Shown: piece after piece, positions 37,811-48,445 of the stretch
How positions within the stretch are numbered: position 1 is the first letter of the stretch
Layout: each line of letters begins with the position of its first letter
Assembly: GCA_934351255.1 (NCBI GenBank)
Contig: CAKRJH010000003.1
Coordinates: 120,588-184,587 of the forward strand
Source of the DNA: an uncultured Lachnospiraceae bacterium
GTDB taxonomy: Bacteria > Bacillota > Clostridia > Lachnospirales > Lachnospiraceae
DNA: 64,000 nucleotides
Direction of reading: 5' to 3'
Made by a program: the position numbers and the translations under genes
The notes under the pieces: model-generated
What the model saw: the letters and a program-made list of their open reading frames with translations, nothing else
Databases searched by the model: none
Told to the model about the DNA's origin: nothing

Positions 37811-40800
37811 CTAACCGATAATCTTCACACCAGACGGCTGTCCTTTTTTCCGAAGCAGCTTGGTATATTTTTTCAGTCTGCTCTTTGGAACACGGATCAC
37901 CGCTTTCTTATGAATTTTGGTAAACGCTTTCTTGCCGACCTTTTTGAGTGTGGTCGTCTTGATCACGATTTTCTTCAGTTTGGTGCATTTTGCAAATGCC
38001 TTTGGACCGATCTCGCTGACAGTATACTTCACACCCTGTGCTTTTACTGTCTTTGGAATGGTCACCTTCTTGACCGTTTTGGAGGTCGTTCCCACGACAG
38101 ATACCTCTGCCTTGGCCTGGTCTGTCACCTGGTACTTCAGCCCTCTCACGGTGAATGTCAGCGCCGTCGGTACCGGTGCCGGTGCAGGAGTAACCTCTCC
38201 ACCCGGAGCCGGTGCCGGGATCTGAGAAGGTGCTGCACCCGGCGTCTGGGTCGGCACTGCCGTTGGCACTTCTGTCGGTGCCACGGTAGGTTCGATGGTT
38301 GGTTCCTGACTCGGTTCAGCACTTGGAACAATCGTCGGCTCCACGGTAGGCACCTCCGTAGGTTCTGCCGTTGGCTCCTGTGTCGGTGCTACATAATCCG
38401 GATCCACTGCCCAGAGCGCATACACTGTGGTATCTGCCTCGATTCCTCTGGTAAAATCAAACACCTTACGGAACGTATTGCTGGTATACCATCCCTGGAA
38501 CAGATATCCCTCACGGGTCGGAGCCTGCGGCTCATTTGCCATGTATCCCTCATAGATATCCTGATCCTCGACGCTGCTGCCTCCCATCGTCTGGAAAGAG
38601 ACACGGTACTGATCTTTCTCGACCCATCCCGCATACAGGTCTGTGTTGTCCTGGATCTCCGTTGCAAAATCAAACTGTTCGGTGGTTTCCTCATCGGTAT
38701 ACCATCCGGTAAAGTTATAATTCTTTCTGGTGATCTTCTCCGGCTCATCCGCAGTGCGTCCTGCCTCGACAGCCTGTGTCTCAACCTCATCACCGCCATT
38801 GCTGTGGAAGTACACATTGTATCCATTCAGCGGAACAAACTTGTTACCATGCAGTTTTGCATATGCATGGGCGGTAGAGTCAACGTATCCATAGATAGTC
38901 ACATTAGACGGGATCGCAACATATGGTTTCACAGAAGATGCATACACCAAGGTGTGAGTCTCGTCCGCAAGACTGCTTGATAACACCGGCTCCTTGATGA
39001 CCATATCCGGATTGTAGATATAGACTTTCTTGACACCGCTGGCACGGAGTGCTTCCACATCCATGCTCTCCACGTTCTCCGGAATATCCAGTGTTTTCAC
39101 ATTTCTGGTTCCCAGGAAGGCTGCTCTGCCAATGGTCTTTACCGTCTCCGGAATCTCAATGCTGCGGATCTGTTTACATTTCAGCAGCATTCCCTGACTG
39201 ATCACATCCAGTTTTCCTCCCAGCGTGATCTCCTCCGCCATGGAATCGTAGAAATATGAATAGTTGTAATCTACCTGATCCACTGCAGGTGCAAACTCAA
39301 TGCTCTGCAGTTCCGGACTCTGGTCATTCCAGAAGATAGAATCCCAGTTCTCCATGTTCGCTGCAGCATGCACGGAAATCTCCTGCAGGCTGGTCATATA
39401 CTGGAAGCTGCCGCCGGAGATCGATGTCAGGCTCTCCGGAAGTGAAACTCGTGTTACATTTCTCTGCCCATAGAACGCTCCCGGGTCAACACTCTCGATT
39501 CCCTCCGGAAGGATCACTTCCGAAATACCGCCAATACGCTCACTTGGATCAAATGGTACGACCGTTTCGCTGGTTGACATTGCTCCATATGCACCCTTCA
39601 GGTTAAATGCCGCAGCGCCGATTCTGGTCAGGTTCTTCAGCCGGCTAAAGTCCACATCAATCCTGTCGTCTGAAATAAATGCGCCATCTTCGATAACCCG
39701 TAAGCTTTCCGGCAAAGTGAGCTCCTGCAGGTTGTAATTAAATGCGAAAGCATTTGCTGCAATCGTCTCAATGCCCTCTCCCACGGTAACTCGCTCGGCG
39801 GTCGGACACAGGTTCATGAAATAGGAATTCTTCTCAATCGAGTTTACCACACCCTCTGTCTTTTCAAACACAAAGTCTGTCACACAGGTTTCCTCAGGGT
39901 ATCGCTCCTTCCATTCAGCGGCACTGGTCACCGGATCGTCCTGCTGTTTTTCGGGTTTGATCAGGCCCGATTCATTGTTGATGCCCAGTATATTGGTAAT
40001 CGTCTGGCTTGGACCATATTCTCCCTGAAAATCACCCTGCACTGTGATTCGTGTCAGTTTCGGACATTTTCCAAACGCATAGGTACCTATCCTCGTGACA
40101 CTGACAGGAATCGTCAGATCCTCAACATTCGTTCCATGGAATGCTGCGGCACCGATCTTCTGCACACCGTCCAGATCCAGACTGGTCAGCCCGGTACATC
40201 CCTCGAAGGCAGCTACTCCGATCTGCTGGACATTGCCAAGTCCTTTTATCTCGGTCAGATTCCTGCAGTGCAGGAACGTCTGGAATCCCAATTCAACATA
40301 CGGCTTCGTTCCGGTCTGATCCGGATAGAGAGTTACACTCTTCAGACTCTGACAATCTGCAAACAGGGATGGAGAAGAACTCTGTCCAAATGCATTTGCA
40401 GGCAGCTTCACCGTCTGGATCGGATCCGGAATGCTCAGTGTCCGATAACCTCCAGACTCTCCTGAGCCGGAGAGAGCATCTCCAAGTGCCGGATTCATAG
40501 CCGCCACTCTCCAGCCAAAGGCCTCATTCTGGATACGGGTCAGTTTACTGTTCTTGGTTGCCTCCACGGTTTTCAGGCTGGTACAGCCATTGAAACTGCG
40601 GAACCCGATATCTTCTACGGAATCCGGTATATTGACCGAAGTCAGGCTGGAACAGTGGTCAAAGATACCTGCAATAAATTTCGTAGCCTTACAGCCTTCC
40701 TCAGAATCGATGGTCTTCAGACTCTCACAATAGCTGAACGTCTGAACTGAATAGTCTGACACGCCAAACCTCTCCAGAGAAGCCGGGAGGGTCAGACTGG

Positions 40801-42523
40801 TCAGTCCGGTATGGGTAAATGACCAGGTGTCCAGAATCCTCACTCCGGTCAGATCTATGGATGCCAGCGCAGTGTCTCTGAAAAAGCAAAGCACTCCAAT
40901 CTGATCAACAGCTCCATTGAGTTTCACTTCCTCCAGAGAAGTACAATCTGCGAACATCTCATAGCCCAGCACAGAATACTGCTTCGGATCCTCCACGCCA
41001 TCTGACAGGATCTCCACCTTTTTCAGACTGGTATTGCCGGCAAACAAACCACCGGGAACTTTGTTTTTCAATACCGCCTCCGGGATACGGATCTCCTCGA
41101 TCGGTGCTCCATCTTTTGAAGCCTCGAGGCGATATCCTCCCGAGTTATTAGGATCCGTTCTGTCCAGAGATTCTATCTCCATCAGATACGAGTCGTATCC
41201 AAACGATGTCGCTGCCAGACGCGAAAGTCTGCTTTCATCTCCGATATCAAATCTCGAAAGACTGGTACATCCATAAAAAGCGTGATCTGTCAGTTCTGTC
41301 ACATGATCCGGAAGATCAAATCCAGACAGTCCGGTACAATCCCCAAACGCCTCATACGCAATATAACCGATGTCCTCCGGAAGTGTCACGGATTTCAAAC
41401 CGGTACAGCCATAAAACATACGGTAGCACAGGATTCCATCGCCCTGTGTTCTCTCCCCGATCGTGATACGTTCCAGTGTCTTGCAGTTTGCAAACAATCC
41501 TACCAGAGGATCCGCATATCGATGGTTATCTCCCAGATCCTCCATCAGAACATCTCCCGGAAGATAGATCTCCGTGAGCGGTGCTCCATAATTGTCCTGT
41601 TCCGGACACTCCTCAAAATATCCAAAGGCTGCATATCCCAGTGTCTCCAGTACGGAATCCTCCGGGATCTCAAAGGTCGTCATATTCGTACAGCCAAAGA
41701 AGGCAAATGCCCCGATCTCCTCCACACTGTCAGGAATCGTCACACTGGTGATTCCCTTCTGCATGGCAAATACAAACGGAGCGATCTGGGTACAGTCGTC
41801 CCGGAGTGCAAGGACTCCATCCTCACTCACACTGCGTGCATCCAGTGCCACACTGCCGGCATAGACGATCCCATCCTCCGCCGGCTCCATATGAGCCAGC
41901 CAGTTCGGCCGTATGACCTCATTTTCTTCCGGCTTATAACGGAAGCCATTCGGTGCATTCAGATATCCATTCCTGATGTATTCCACGCTTTCCGGGAAGG
42001 ATACCTTCTCAATGCCGGTATCTTGCGAGAGCATATAGATGGAACCCAGTCTCTCGATACCATCCTCAAAGTTCACCGTCCGGATCACCGGTGCGGTGAC
42101 TGCCGCCGTGGTGACCGCCTGGAACTCCAGACCGGTAATCTCTGTAATCTCATAGGTATTCTCATCCTCATCCTCCAGCTCAGACGCCACATTCAGAGTC
42201 TCTCCTCCGTAGGTTTCGTCGTAACTCACCTCGGCCTCATATGTCTCATCCTCCTTCGGGGTCAAGACATACTTCAGTTGGTCCTTTGTGATGACTACAG
42301 GTGTAGGCTCCGGTGTTTCCTGAGGTTCCGAGACATCCTCAGAGTCCGACGCAGTGACATTTTCCCCGGATACCGACAGTACCGGATCCGTGATACCGTT
42401 CAGAAGTTCACCGACACTCCGCGTCGGCATCTGAAGGACACTCGCCCTTGAAACACCCGGAAGAACCATTGCAGCCATCAGGCAGAGTACCATACTGCAC
42501 ACAAGTCCTTTCCATTTCTTCAT
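37811..42523 (-). CDS. giant secreted BspA-type leucine-rich-repeat surface protein (1570 aa) with Listeria-Bacteroides (Flg_new) repeats and a Pro/Thr-rich linker
   Basis: Signal peptide MKKWKGLVCSMVLCLMAAMVLPGVSRA. Many repeats of IPDSVEEIGAFAFFGCTNMTTF type (LRR_5). Three WYTDEET...F(D/N)F(A/T) units. A PTQEPTAEPTEVPT... linker. Confidence 0.8.
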   Translation of the reverse strand: MKKWKGLVCSMVLCLMAAMVLPGVSRASVLQMPTRSVGELLNGITDPVLSVSGENVTASDSEDVSEPQETPEPTPVVITKDQLKYVLTPKEDETYEAEVSYDETYGGETLNVASELEDEDENTYEITEITGLEFQAVTTAAVTAPVIRTVNFEDGIERLGSIYMLSQDTGIEKVSFPESVEYIRNGYLNAPNGFRYKPEENEVIRPNWLAHMEPAEDGIVYAGSVALDARSVSEDGVLALRDDCTQIAPFVFAMQKGITSVTIPDSVEEIGAFAFFGCTNMTTFEIPEDSVLETLGYAAFGYFEECPEQDNYGAPLTEIYLPGDVLMEDLGDNHRYADPLVGLFANCKTLERITIGERTQGDGILCYRMFYGCTGLKSVTLPEDIGYIAYEAFGDCTGLSGFDLPDHVTELTDHAFYGCTSLSRFDIGDESRLSRLAATSFGYDSYLMEIESLDRTDPNNSGGYRLEASKDGAPIEEIRIPEAVLKNKVPGGLFAGNTSLKKVEILSDGVEDPKQYSVLGYEMFADCTSLEEVKLNGAVDQIGVLCFFRDTALASIDLTGVRILDTWSFTHTGLTSLTLPASLERFGVSDYSVQTFSYCESLKTIDSEEGCKATKFIAGIFDHCSSLTSVNIPDSVEDIGFRSFNGCTSLKTVEATKNSKLTRIQNEAFGWRVAAMNPALGDALSGSGESGGYRTLSIPDPIQTVKLPANAFGQSSSPSLFADCQSLKSVTLYPDQTGTKPYVELGFQTFLHCRNLTEIKGLGNVQQIGVAAFEGCTGLTSLDLDGVQKIGAAAFHGTNVEDLTIPVSVTRIGTYAFGKCPKLTRITVQGDFQGEYGPSQTITNILGINNESGLIKPEKQQDDPVTSAAEWKERYPEETCVTDFVFEKTEGVVNSIEKNSYFMNLCPTAERVTVGEGIETIAANAFAFNYNLQELTLPESLRVIEDGAFISDDRIDVDFSRLKNLTRIGAAAFNLKGAYGAMSTSETVVPFDPSERIGGISEVILPEGIESVDPGAFYGQRNVTRVSLPESLTSISGGSFQYMTSLQEISVHAAANMENWDSIFWNDQSPELQSIEFAPAVDQVDYNYSYFYDSMAEEITLGGKLDVISQGMLLKCKQIRSIEIPETVKTIGRAAFLGTRNVKTLDIPENVESMDVEALRASGVKKVYIYNPDMVIKEPVLSSSLADETHTLVYASSVKPYVAIPSNVTIYGYVDSTAHAYAKLHGNKFVPLNGYNVYFHSNGGDEVETQAVEAGRTADEPEKITRKNYNFTGWYTDEETTEQFDFATEIQDNTDLYAGWVEKDQYRVSFQTMGGSSVEDQDIYEGYMANEPQAPTREGYLFQGWYTSNTFRKVFDFTRGIEADTTVYALWAVDPDYVAPTQEPTAEPTEVPTVEPTIVPSAEPSQEPTIEPTVAPTEVPTAVPTQTPGAAPSQIPAPAPGGEVTPAPAPVPTALTFTVRGLKYQVTDQAKAEVSVVGTTSKTVKKVTIPKTVKAQGVKYTVSEIGPKAFAKCTKLKKIVIKTTTLKKVGKKAFTKIHKKAVIRVPKSRLKKYTKLLRKKGQPSGVKIIG

Positions 42524-44160
42524 GCATTCTCTCCTTTCTTTTTCATGTCATGAGTTGTGATATATGAAACACAGTCCATTCCGTCTGCAGACCGACCGAT
42601 GGCCACAACCAGTGCGACCAGCAGATAGTACAGATTGATCAGCAGCCAGAACAGAATCACACCGTAAGTCGGTGTCTGTTGTTCCCAGGATGTTTTTAAC
42701 AGCTCCACAATCCCCCAGACAGAAGCCCCCGCTCCCACAAGATACGGGATCGTATAATACCAGTGGCTGGTTCTCTTCGACTTCTGTTTCCGGGTGACGT
42801 GAAACTGCTTCTGCCGGATGCCAAACGTCTCCAGCAGTACCGCCACCAGAAGATATGGGAAAAAGGTGGTTTCATAAATATCGGTCCACCTTGTTGTCCG
42901 GATATTGTCGGCAAACCGTCTCATACAGAGATTCGTAGCCAGATACATGGGCAGCCAGAAGATCAGAACCTGAGGAAGAGTACACTCCACCACGACAGTT
43001 CCAAACAGCGCAAACAATAAGGGGGCCAGCAGATAGATCAGCCGTTTCCACGAACTGTACCAATAGCTGATGCTGGTAAGATAGTTGATCTTCTGGGCAA
43101 ATGTCAGAGTCTTACTGCGCAGATAATGTGTCCTGCGCCCCGACTGGATGCATCCTCTGGCCCAGCGTCTTCTCTGCCGCATCAGTCCACCAAAATCATG
43201 AACTGTCATACCGTCCGCCAGCACCTCGTCCACCGCAATGGCCTGATATCCCGCCTTCTGAAGCTCAATGCCGGTGGCAAAATCCTCGGTAACCACCTGC
43301 TCCACAAATCCACCGATGTGTTCGAGGGCCTCTCTGGACAGCAGGGTATTGGAACCGCCGAAAATGACACTGTTGGTCTTATTTTTGGCGAGCTGGACCA
43401 CCCGGTAAAAGTAATCCTGCTCGTTCGGGATCCGCGAACCCAGGCGAAGATTGTGCTGGAACAGATCCGGCTGATAAAAATGCTGCGGAGTCTGTACAAA
43501 TCCCATCATCCCCTGCAGCTCATGTGCGGAACTTTTGGCCTGTTTCTTTCCCTTGCCCTTTTTCCAGTCCATCTGACGGACATTCGCGCCAAAGTAGGGA
43601 ACCGTATGCATCAGAAAATCCGGCCTTGGCATCATATCCGCATCGAACACCGCGATCAGAGGAGAGGTCGTCTGGCGCAATGCCGCATTGAGATTGCCGG
43701 CCTTGGCACTGTGATGCTCCGTTCTGGTCAGATATCCGACTCCCAGCCGGCTGGCCAGTTCCTGCATCTGCTGCCGCTCCCCATCATCACACAGATAGAT
43801 ATGTATCTTATCGCGGCTGGGGTAATTCATCGCCAGACACGCCGTCAATGTCGCCTCCAGCACCTCCACAGGCTCATTGACCGTCGGTACAAACACATCA
43901 ACGTCCGGAAATCTTGCGGCGGGAAGTCCCGGCAGTTTATGCCGGTACAGCCCATAGTCGTACATATTGTAAAGATGAACCGCCATCTCCAGCAGTCCAA
44001 AGATCTCTGCAAGAAGCAGGATCACCCAGAACACCACCGACAGAATTCCCTTGTCGTGTGGGATCGTAAAGCCGATTCTCCAGACCAGGTAGGTCACGGT
44101 CAGCAATAGCGTGAGAATACTCCAAAATTTATTCCACCAAAGTTTTTTGTTCTTTTTCAT
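42520..44160 (-). CDS. GT2 processive beta-glycosyltransferase, cellulose-synthase (BcsA)-like catalytic subunit, with no obvious PilZ domain
   Basis: Polytopic membrane topology. DD...DAD motifs and QRRRWARG (QxxRW). Confidence 0.75.
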   Translation of the reverse strand: MKKNKKLWWNKFWSILTLLLTVTYLVWRIGFTIPHDKGILSVVFWVILLLAEIFGLLEMAVHLYNMYDYGLYRHKLPGLPAARFPDVDVFVPTVNEPVEVLEATLTACLAMNYPSRDKIHIYLCDDGERQQMQELASRLGVGYLTRTEHHSAKAGNLNAALRQTTSPLIAVFDADMMPRPDFLMHTVPYFGANVRQMDWKKGKGKKQAKSSAHELQGMMGFVQTPQHFYQPDLFQHNLRLGSRIPNEQDYFYRVVQLAKNKTNSVIFGGSNTLLSREALEHIGGFVEQVVTEDFATGIELQKAGYQAIAVDEVLADGMTVHDFGGLMRQRRRWARGCIQSGRRTHYLRSKTLTFAQKINYLTSISYWYSSWKRLIYLLAPLLFALFGTVVVECTLPQVLIFWLPMYLATNLCMRRFADNIRTTRWTDIYETTFFPYLLVAVLLETFGIRQKQFHVTRKQKSKRTSHWYYTIPYLVGAGASVWGIVELLKTSWEQQTPTYGVILFWLLINLYYLLVALVVAIGRSADGMDCVSYITTHDMKKKGENA

Positions 44161-44271
44161 CACGTTCCTCTTGTCTCATCTTCTAACGTCATTCTATGTT
44201 TTGTTGTTTTACAACCAACGTTACATAATTTGCATTATTATATCGTATTTAATATGAAAAAGCAAAGGTTT

Positions 44272-45273
44272 TTATGATATTTTCAAAGATTTCCAGAGAA
44301 TCTTTCCCACCTCCGTCAGATCATCCTGCCCCCAGTCTGACAACTTCCCACAATCCGGCTTCAAAAGAGAAAACGGCTCCTCCTTGTTGGACAGGGACCA
44401 GGCCGTCCAGCTGATCCCGTGCCGGTTCAGATAGGACGCAAACTTCTCTCCTTTTTGGAGATTCTCCCCCGAATCCCCATATCCGGAATCTGTCTGAATC
44501 CCCCACTCGCTGACAAACACCGGAACGCCGCTGTTATGACAGGTCTCCATCATCTGCTCATACTGTTCATTGCTCTGACCGGCATAATAATGAAACGTAT
44601 ACATCACCTGTTCATCCTCCAGCTTTTCCCCACAGACTTTGGTAATGTCAAAGCTGTACTCCGGTGTTCCCACCAGGATCAATGCCTCCGGGGAATACTT
44701 CCGGATCACAGGGATCACCTGACCGGCATACTCACGGATCTGTTCCCAGGACGTCCCGCTGTTTGGCTCATTGCAGATCTCATAGATGACATCCTTTTTT
44801 CCTGCCTGTTCCCCGGCCACCGTATCAAAGAACGTCTTCGCCTCATCCACATGCCGGTTCGGATCGGCATCCGACAGGGTATGCCAGTCCACGATCACAT
44901 AGAGATCACTTTCTCTGGCCGCCCGGATCCCCTGTCTGACCAGTTCCAGTGTTTTCTCCGGTTCGCTCAGATATCCCCCTCCCGGATCATCACTGTACGC
45001 CGCCAGCCGGAAGACATTCGCGCCCTGTGCCCTGAGACTCTCCATCGACTCCCTGCACAAATACTCCGGATACCATAAAATGCCGTGGCTGCTCATACCA
45101 CGAAGCTGCACCGCATCTCCGTGTTCATCCGTCAGTTGTGTTCCCTCCACCCGCAACGCACCATGCGCCTTTGCACCATCCGGATGTTCCGGAACATCAG
45201 AGGTCTTTGTGCAGCCGGTAAGCCCAAGTACCATCAACAAAGCCACCCCCGCCTTAATCCATTTCTCCCTCAT
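44272..45273 (-). CDS. GH5 endoglucanase lipoprotein
   Basis: Lipobox LTGCTK. The GH5 catalytic region includes ...IYEICNEP.... Confidence 0.8.
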   Translation of the reverse strand: MREKWIKAGVALLMVLGLTGCTKTSDVPEHPDGAKAHGALRVEGTQLTDEHGDAVQLRGMSSHGILWYPEYLCRESMESLRAQGANVFRLAAYSDDPGGGYLSEPEKTLELVRQGIRAARESDLYVIVDWHTLSDADPNRHVDEAKTFFDTVAGEQAGKKDVIYEICNEPNSGTSWEQIREYAGQVIPVIRKYSPEALILVGTPEYSFDITKVCGEKLEDEQVMYTFHYYAGQSNEQYEQMMETCHNSGVPVFVSEWGIQTDSGYGDSGENLQKGEKFASYLNRHGISWTAWSLSNKEEPFSLLKPDCGKLSDWGQDDLTEVGKILWKSLKIS

Positions 45274-45986
45274 CGGCTTCCCCCCTTCAATGCTTCCACC
45301 TCCTCCGGTGTCAATGCCCGGTACTGTCCCGGTTCCAGGCTCTCATCCAGAGTCAGGCTCCCCATCTGCAGACGTTTCAGATACACCACCGGCTTGCCCA
45401 CGGCAGCCAGCATCCGCTTGACCTGATGATAGCGTCCCTCATGGATTGTCAGGGTCATACATGTTCTCTGATCCTTCACTTCCAGGATCCGGGCTCGGGC
45501 AGGCAGGGTCATCTTGTCGTCTCCGATGTCCACACCCTGCTCCAGTCTCTGCACATCCTCTCCGGTGACCACGCCGTCCGCCCACAGAAGATAGGTCTTA
45601 TCCACGTGTCTGCCCGGTGACAGCAGGGCATGCGAAAGAGGGCCGTCGTTGGTGATCAGCAGCAGTCCTTCAGTATCCTTATCAAGCCGTCCTACAGGAA
45701 ACAGATCGTTTCGTCTGCTGTCCCGGATCAGGGACACCACGGTCTGATCTCTGGCATCGCTCACCGCCGAGACCACGCCCTGAGGCTTATTGAGCATGTA
45801 GTATTCATATGCCGCGTAAGCCACCTCACAGCCATCCACCTCGACCCGGTCCGCGTTCTCATCCACTTTGTGTTCCGCTTTTTGCACGCATTGTCCGTTA
45901 ACAAAAACACGGCCTGATTTGATGATTTTCTTCACCTCAGACCGTGTTCCGACGGACATCTGCGCCAGATATTTATCCAGTCGCAT
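45270..45986 (-). CDS. S4-domain pseudouridine synthase (RsuA/RluB family)
   Basis: MRLDKYLAQMSVGTRSEVKKIIKSGRVFVNG (S4 domain) and ...GRLDKDTEGLLLITNDG (catalytic Asp motif). Confidence 0.8.
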   Translation of the reverse strand: MRLDKYLAQMSVGTRSEVKKIIKSGRVFVNGQCVQKAEHKVDENADRVEVDGCEVAYAAYEYYMLNKPQGVVSAVSDARDQTVVSLIRDSRRNDLFPVGRLDKDTEGLLLITNDGPLSHALLSPGRHVDKTYLLWADGVVTGEDVQRLEQGVDIGDDKMTLPARARILEVKDQRTCMTLTIHEGRYHQVKRMLAAVGKPVVYLKRLQMGSLTLDESLEPGQYRALTPEEVEALKGGSR

Positions 45987-46005
45987 AAATCCATCCTTTT
46001 ACATA

Positions 46006-47442
46006 TTACATATTTCTGTACAACTCTTCATATTTCCTGGCAGAATTATTCCATGAGAAATCCATGGCCATGCCGCGATCTACGATCTTGTTCCACTCAC
46101 GCTTACGGTTAAAGTACACATTCTTCGCATAACGGATGGTATTGAGCATCTCATGCGCGTTGTAATTCGCAAAGGAGAAGCCTGTACCGGTTCCCTCATA
46201 TTCATTGTATGGCTGTACGGTGTCGCGCAGACCGCCGGTCTCACGCACGATCGGAACCGTGCCATAGCGCAGGCTCATCAGCTGGCTCAGTCCGCATGGC
46301 TCAAACAGCGATGGCATCAGGAATGCATCGCAGGCCGCATAGATCTTGTGAGAGCGCTCATTGGAATAGAAGATGTTCGCAGACACTCTGTCATGATATT
46401 TCCACTCAAAGTGACGGAACAGATTCTCGTAGCGTTCCTCTCCGGTACCCAGTACCACAAGCTGCGTATCTTCCGCACAGATCTCTTCGATCACATAGTC
46501 GATCAGGTCAAAGCCCTTCTGATCGGTCAGGCGGGACACAATACCGATCATAAACTTCTTGTCATCCTCGGCCAGTCCCAGTTCTCTCTGCAGGGCACGC
46601 TTATTCTTGATCTTTTCCTTCCGGAAGTTCCTGGCATTGTAATTCTGCACAATATATGGATCCGTCTCCGGATTGTACTCATTGTAATCCAGACCATTGA
46701 CAATGCCGACCAGATCGCCGCTTCTGGCACGCATCAGGCCATCCAGACGCTCGCCGTAGAATGGCATCTTGATCTCCTCCGCATAGGAATCGCTGACGGT
46801 CGTGATCTTGTCTGCGTATACCAGTCCACCCTTGAGGTAATTGGCATCCCCATACGCCTCCAGCTTGTCATCGGTGAAATAGTATTCATTGAGGCCGGTG
46901 ATATCGATCACCTTCCGTTTGTCCCATATGCCCTGGAACTTCAGGTTATGTATCGTCATGATCGTCTTGATGCCGCGGTAATATGGATTGTCAAGGAAGC
47001 TGTCCTTGATGTATACCGGAATCAGGCCCGTCTGCCAGTCGTGACAGTGGATAATGTCCGGTCTGAAATCCAGTGATGGCATTGCGGATAATGCCGCACG
47101 ACAGAAAAATGCAAATTTCTCAACATCTTCATGGATGTTGCCGTATGGCTGGAATCCCGCAAAATAGAATTCATTGTCAATGAAATAGAATGTAATCCCC
47201 TCGTATTCCATCTCCAGAACGCCCACATACTGGCTGCGCCATGCCAGATCCATATAGAAATGGGTCCGGTACTTCATCTTCTCCTTCCACTCCTGAGGAA
47301 TACATGCATAGTTCGGGATCATGACACGACAGTCAAATTCTTTCTTGTCAAAATACTTTGGCAGAGAACCCACTACGTCGGCAAGACCTCCGGTCTTTAC
47401 GAATGGCACGCACTCAGAAGCCACAAACAATATGTTTTTCAT
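46006..47442 (-). CDS. glgA: glycogen synthase (ADP-glucose type)
   Basis: MKNILFVASECVPFVKTGGLADVVGSLPK... ATG 47442 has SD AAGGAGGG. Confidence 0.85.
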   Translation of the reverse strand: MKNILFVASECVPFVKTGGLADVVGSLPKYFDKKEFDCRVMIPNYACIPQEWKEKMKYRTHFYMDLAWRSQYVGVLEMEYEGITFYFIDNEFYFAGFQPYGNIHEDVEKFAFFCRAALSAMPSLDFRPDIIHCHDWQTGLIPVYIKDSFLDNPYYRGIKTIMTIHNLKFQGIWDKRKVIDITGLNEYYFTDDKLEAYGDANYLKGGLVYADKITTVSDSYAEEIKMPFYGERLDGLMRARSGDLVGIVNGLDYNEYNPETDPYIVQNYNARNFRKEKIKNKRALQRELGLAEDDKKFMIGIVSRLTDQKGFDLIDYVIEEICAEDTQLVVLGTGEERYENLFRHFEWKYHDRVSANIFYSNERSHKIYAACDAFLMPSLFEPCGLSQLMSLRYGTVPIVRETGGLRDTVQPYNEYEGTGTGFSFANYNAHEMLNTIRYAKNVYFNRKREWNKIVDRGMAMDFSWNNSARKYEELYRNM

Positions 47443-47522
47443 ATACACCCTCCTTGTACAAAACATAATCTTCTATATTTTATTATAGCCGAATTATGTG
47501 CGTAGGAAAAGTGTTTTTTTCA

Positions 47523-48326
47523 TTATGCGCGCATCTTGTAGTTAATGCGGATGCGGTCGGCCACCAGTGCGATGAATTCCGAATTGGTCGGCTTGCCCTT
47601 GCGCGCTGACACGGTGTATCCAAACCACTCTTCTAACGTGTCCATCTTTCCCCGGCTCCATGCGACCTCAATGGCGTGGCGGATCGCCCGCTCGACGCGG
47701 CTGGGGGTTGTCTTGTGCTCCTTGGCGATCGTGGGATACAACAGTTTCGTGATCCCGGAGAGCATCTTGCTGTCCTTGACTGCAAGCATGATCGCATCCC
47801 GCAGGTACTGATATCCTTTGATATGTGCCGGCACTCCGATCTCATGGATGACGGCCGTCACATCAGCCTCAAGCTGGTCTTCCCTGCGGCGCACCCGGTT
47901 CTCAAACACCGTATTGATCACTTTGCCCGGTTTGCAGGCGGCGAGCCGCTCCGCCTCCATCACATCGCGCACCCGTCCCACCAGCACTCTGCTGTCAAAC
48001 GGCTTGAGCACATAGTAGGCTGCTCCCAGCCGGAACGTCTGCTCCGTGACGCTCTCTTGATTGACGGCGGACACCACGATCACCTGAGGCTTTCCGTCCT
48101 CCTGACGCATGTTCAGCCGCTCGAGCACGCCGATCCCGTCCATCTTAGGCATGACCAGATCCAACAGCACAACATCCGGATGCAGAGTGCCGATCATCTG
48201 CAACGCTTCCTGGCCATCCGCGGCCTGTCCTACCACCTCCATATCTTCTTCCCGCCCCAGTATCTCCTTCTCCAGGTTCGACATCCGATGATTGTCATCG
48301 ACCACCAGCACTCTGATCCTTCCCAT
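47523..48326 (-). CDS. spo0A: sporulation master regulator Spo0A
   Basis: A receiver domain (VLVVDDN...D) plus the Spo0A-specific C-terminal domain [35 protein letters not shown]. Confidence 0.9.
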   Translation of the reverse strand: MGRIRVLVVDDNHRMSNLEKEILGREEDMEVVGQAADGQEALQMIGTLHPDVVLLDLVMPKMDGIGVLERLNMRQEDGKPQVIVVSAVNQESVTEQTFRLGAAYYVLKPFDSRVLVGRVRDVMEAERLAACKPGKVINTVFENRVRRREDQLEADVTAVIHEIGVPAHIKGYQYLRDAIMLAVKDSKMLSGITKLLYPTIAKEHKTTPSRVERAIRHAIEVAWSRGKMDTLEEWFGYTVSARKGKPTNSEFIALVADRIRINYKMRA

Positions 48327-48445
48327 AAAAAAACCTCCTTCATATCTGCTTCCCTGTTCTGGAAACAGTATAACGAAAGAGGTTTTCTCTGTATGATTAT
48401 TTGGATGTCACTTTTCGACGATTTCTCACCGGATCCCTGCAAATA

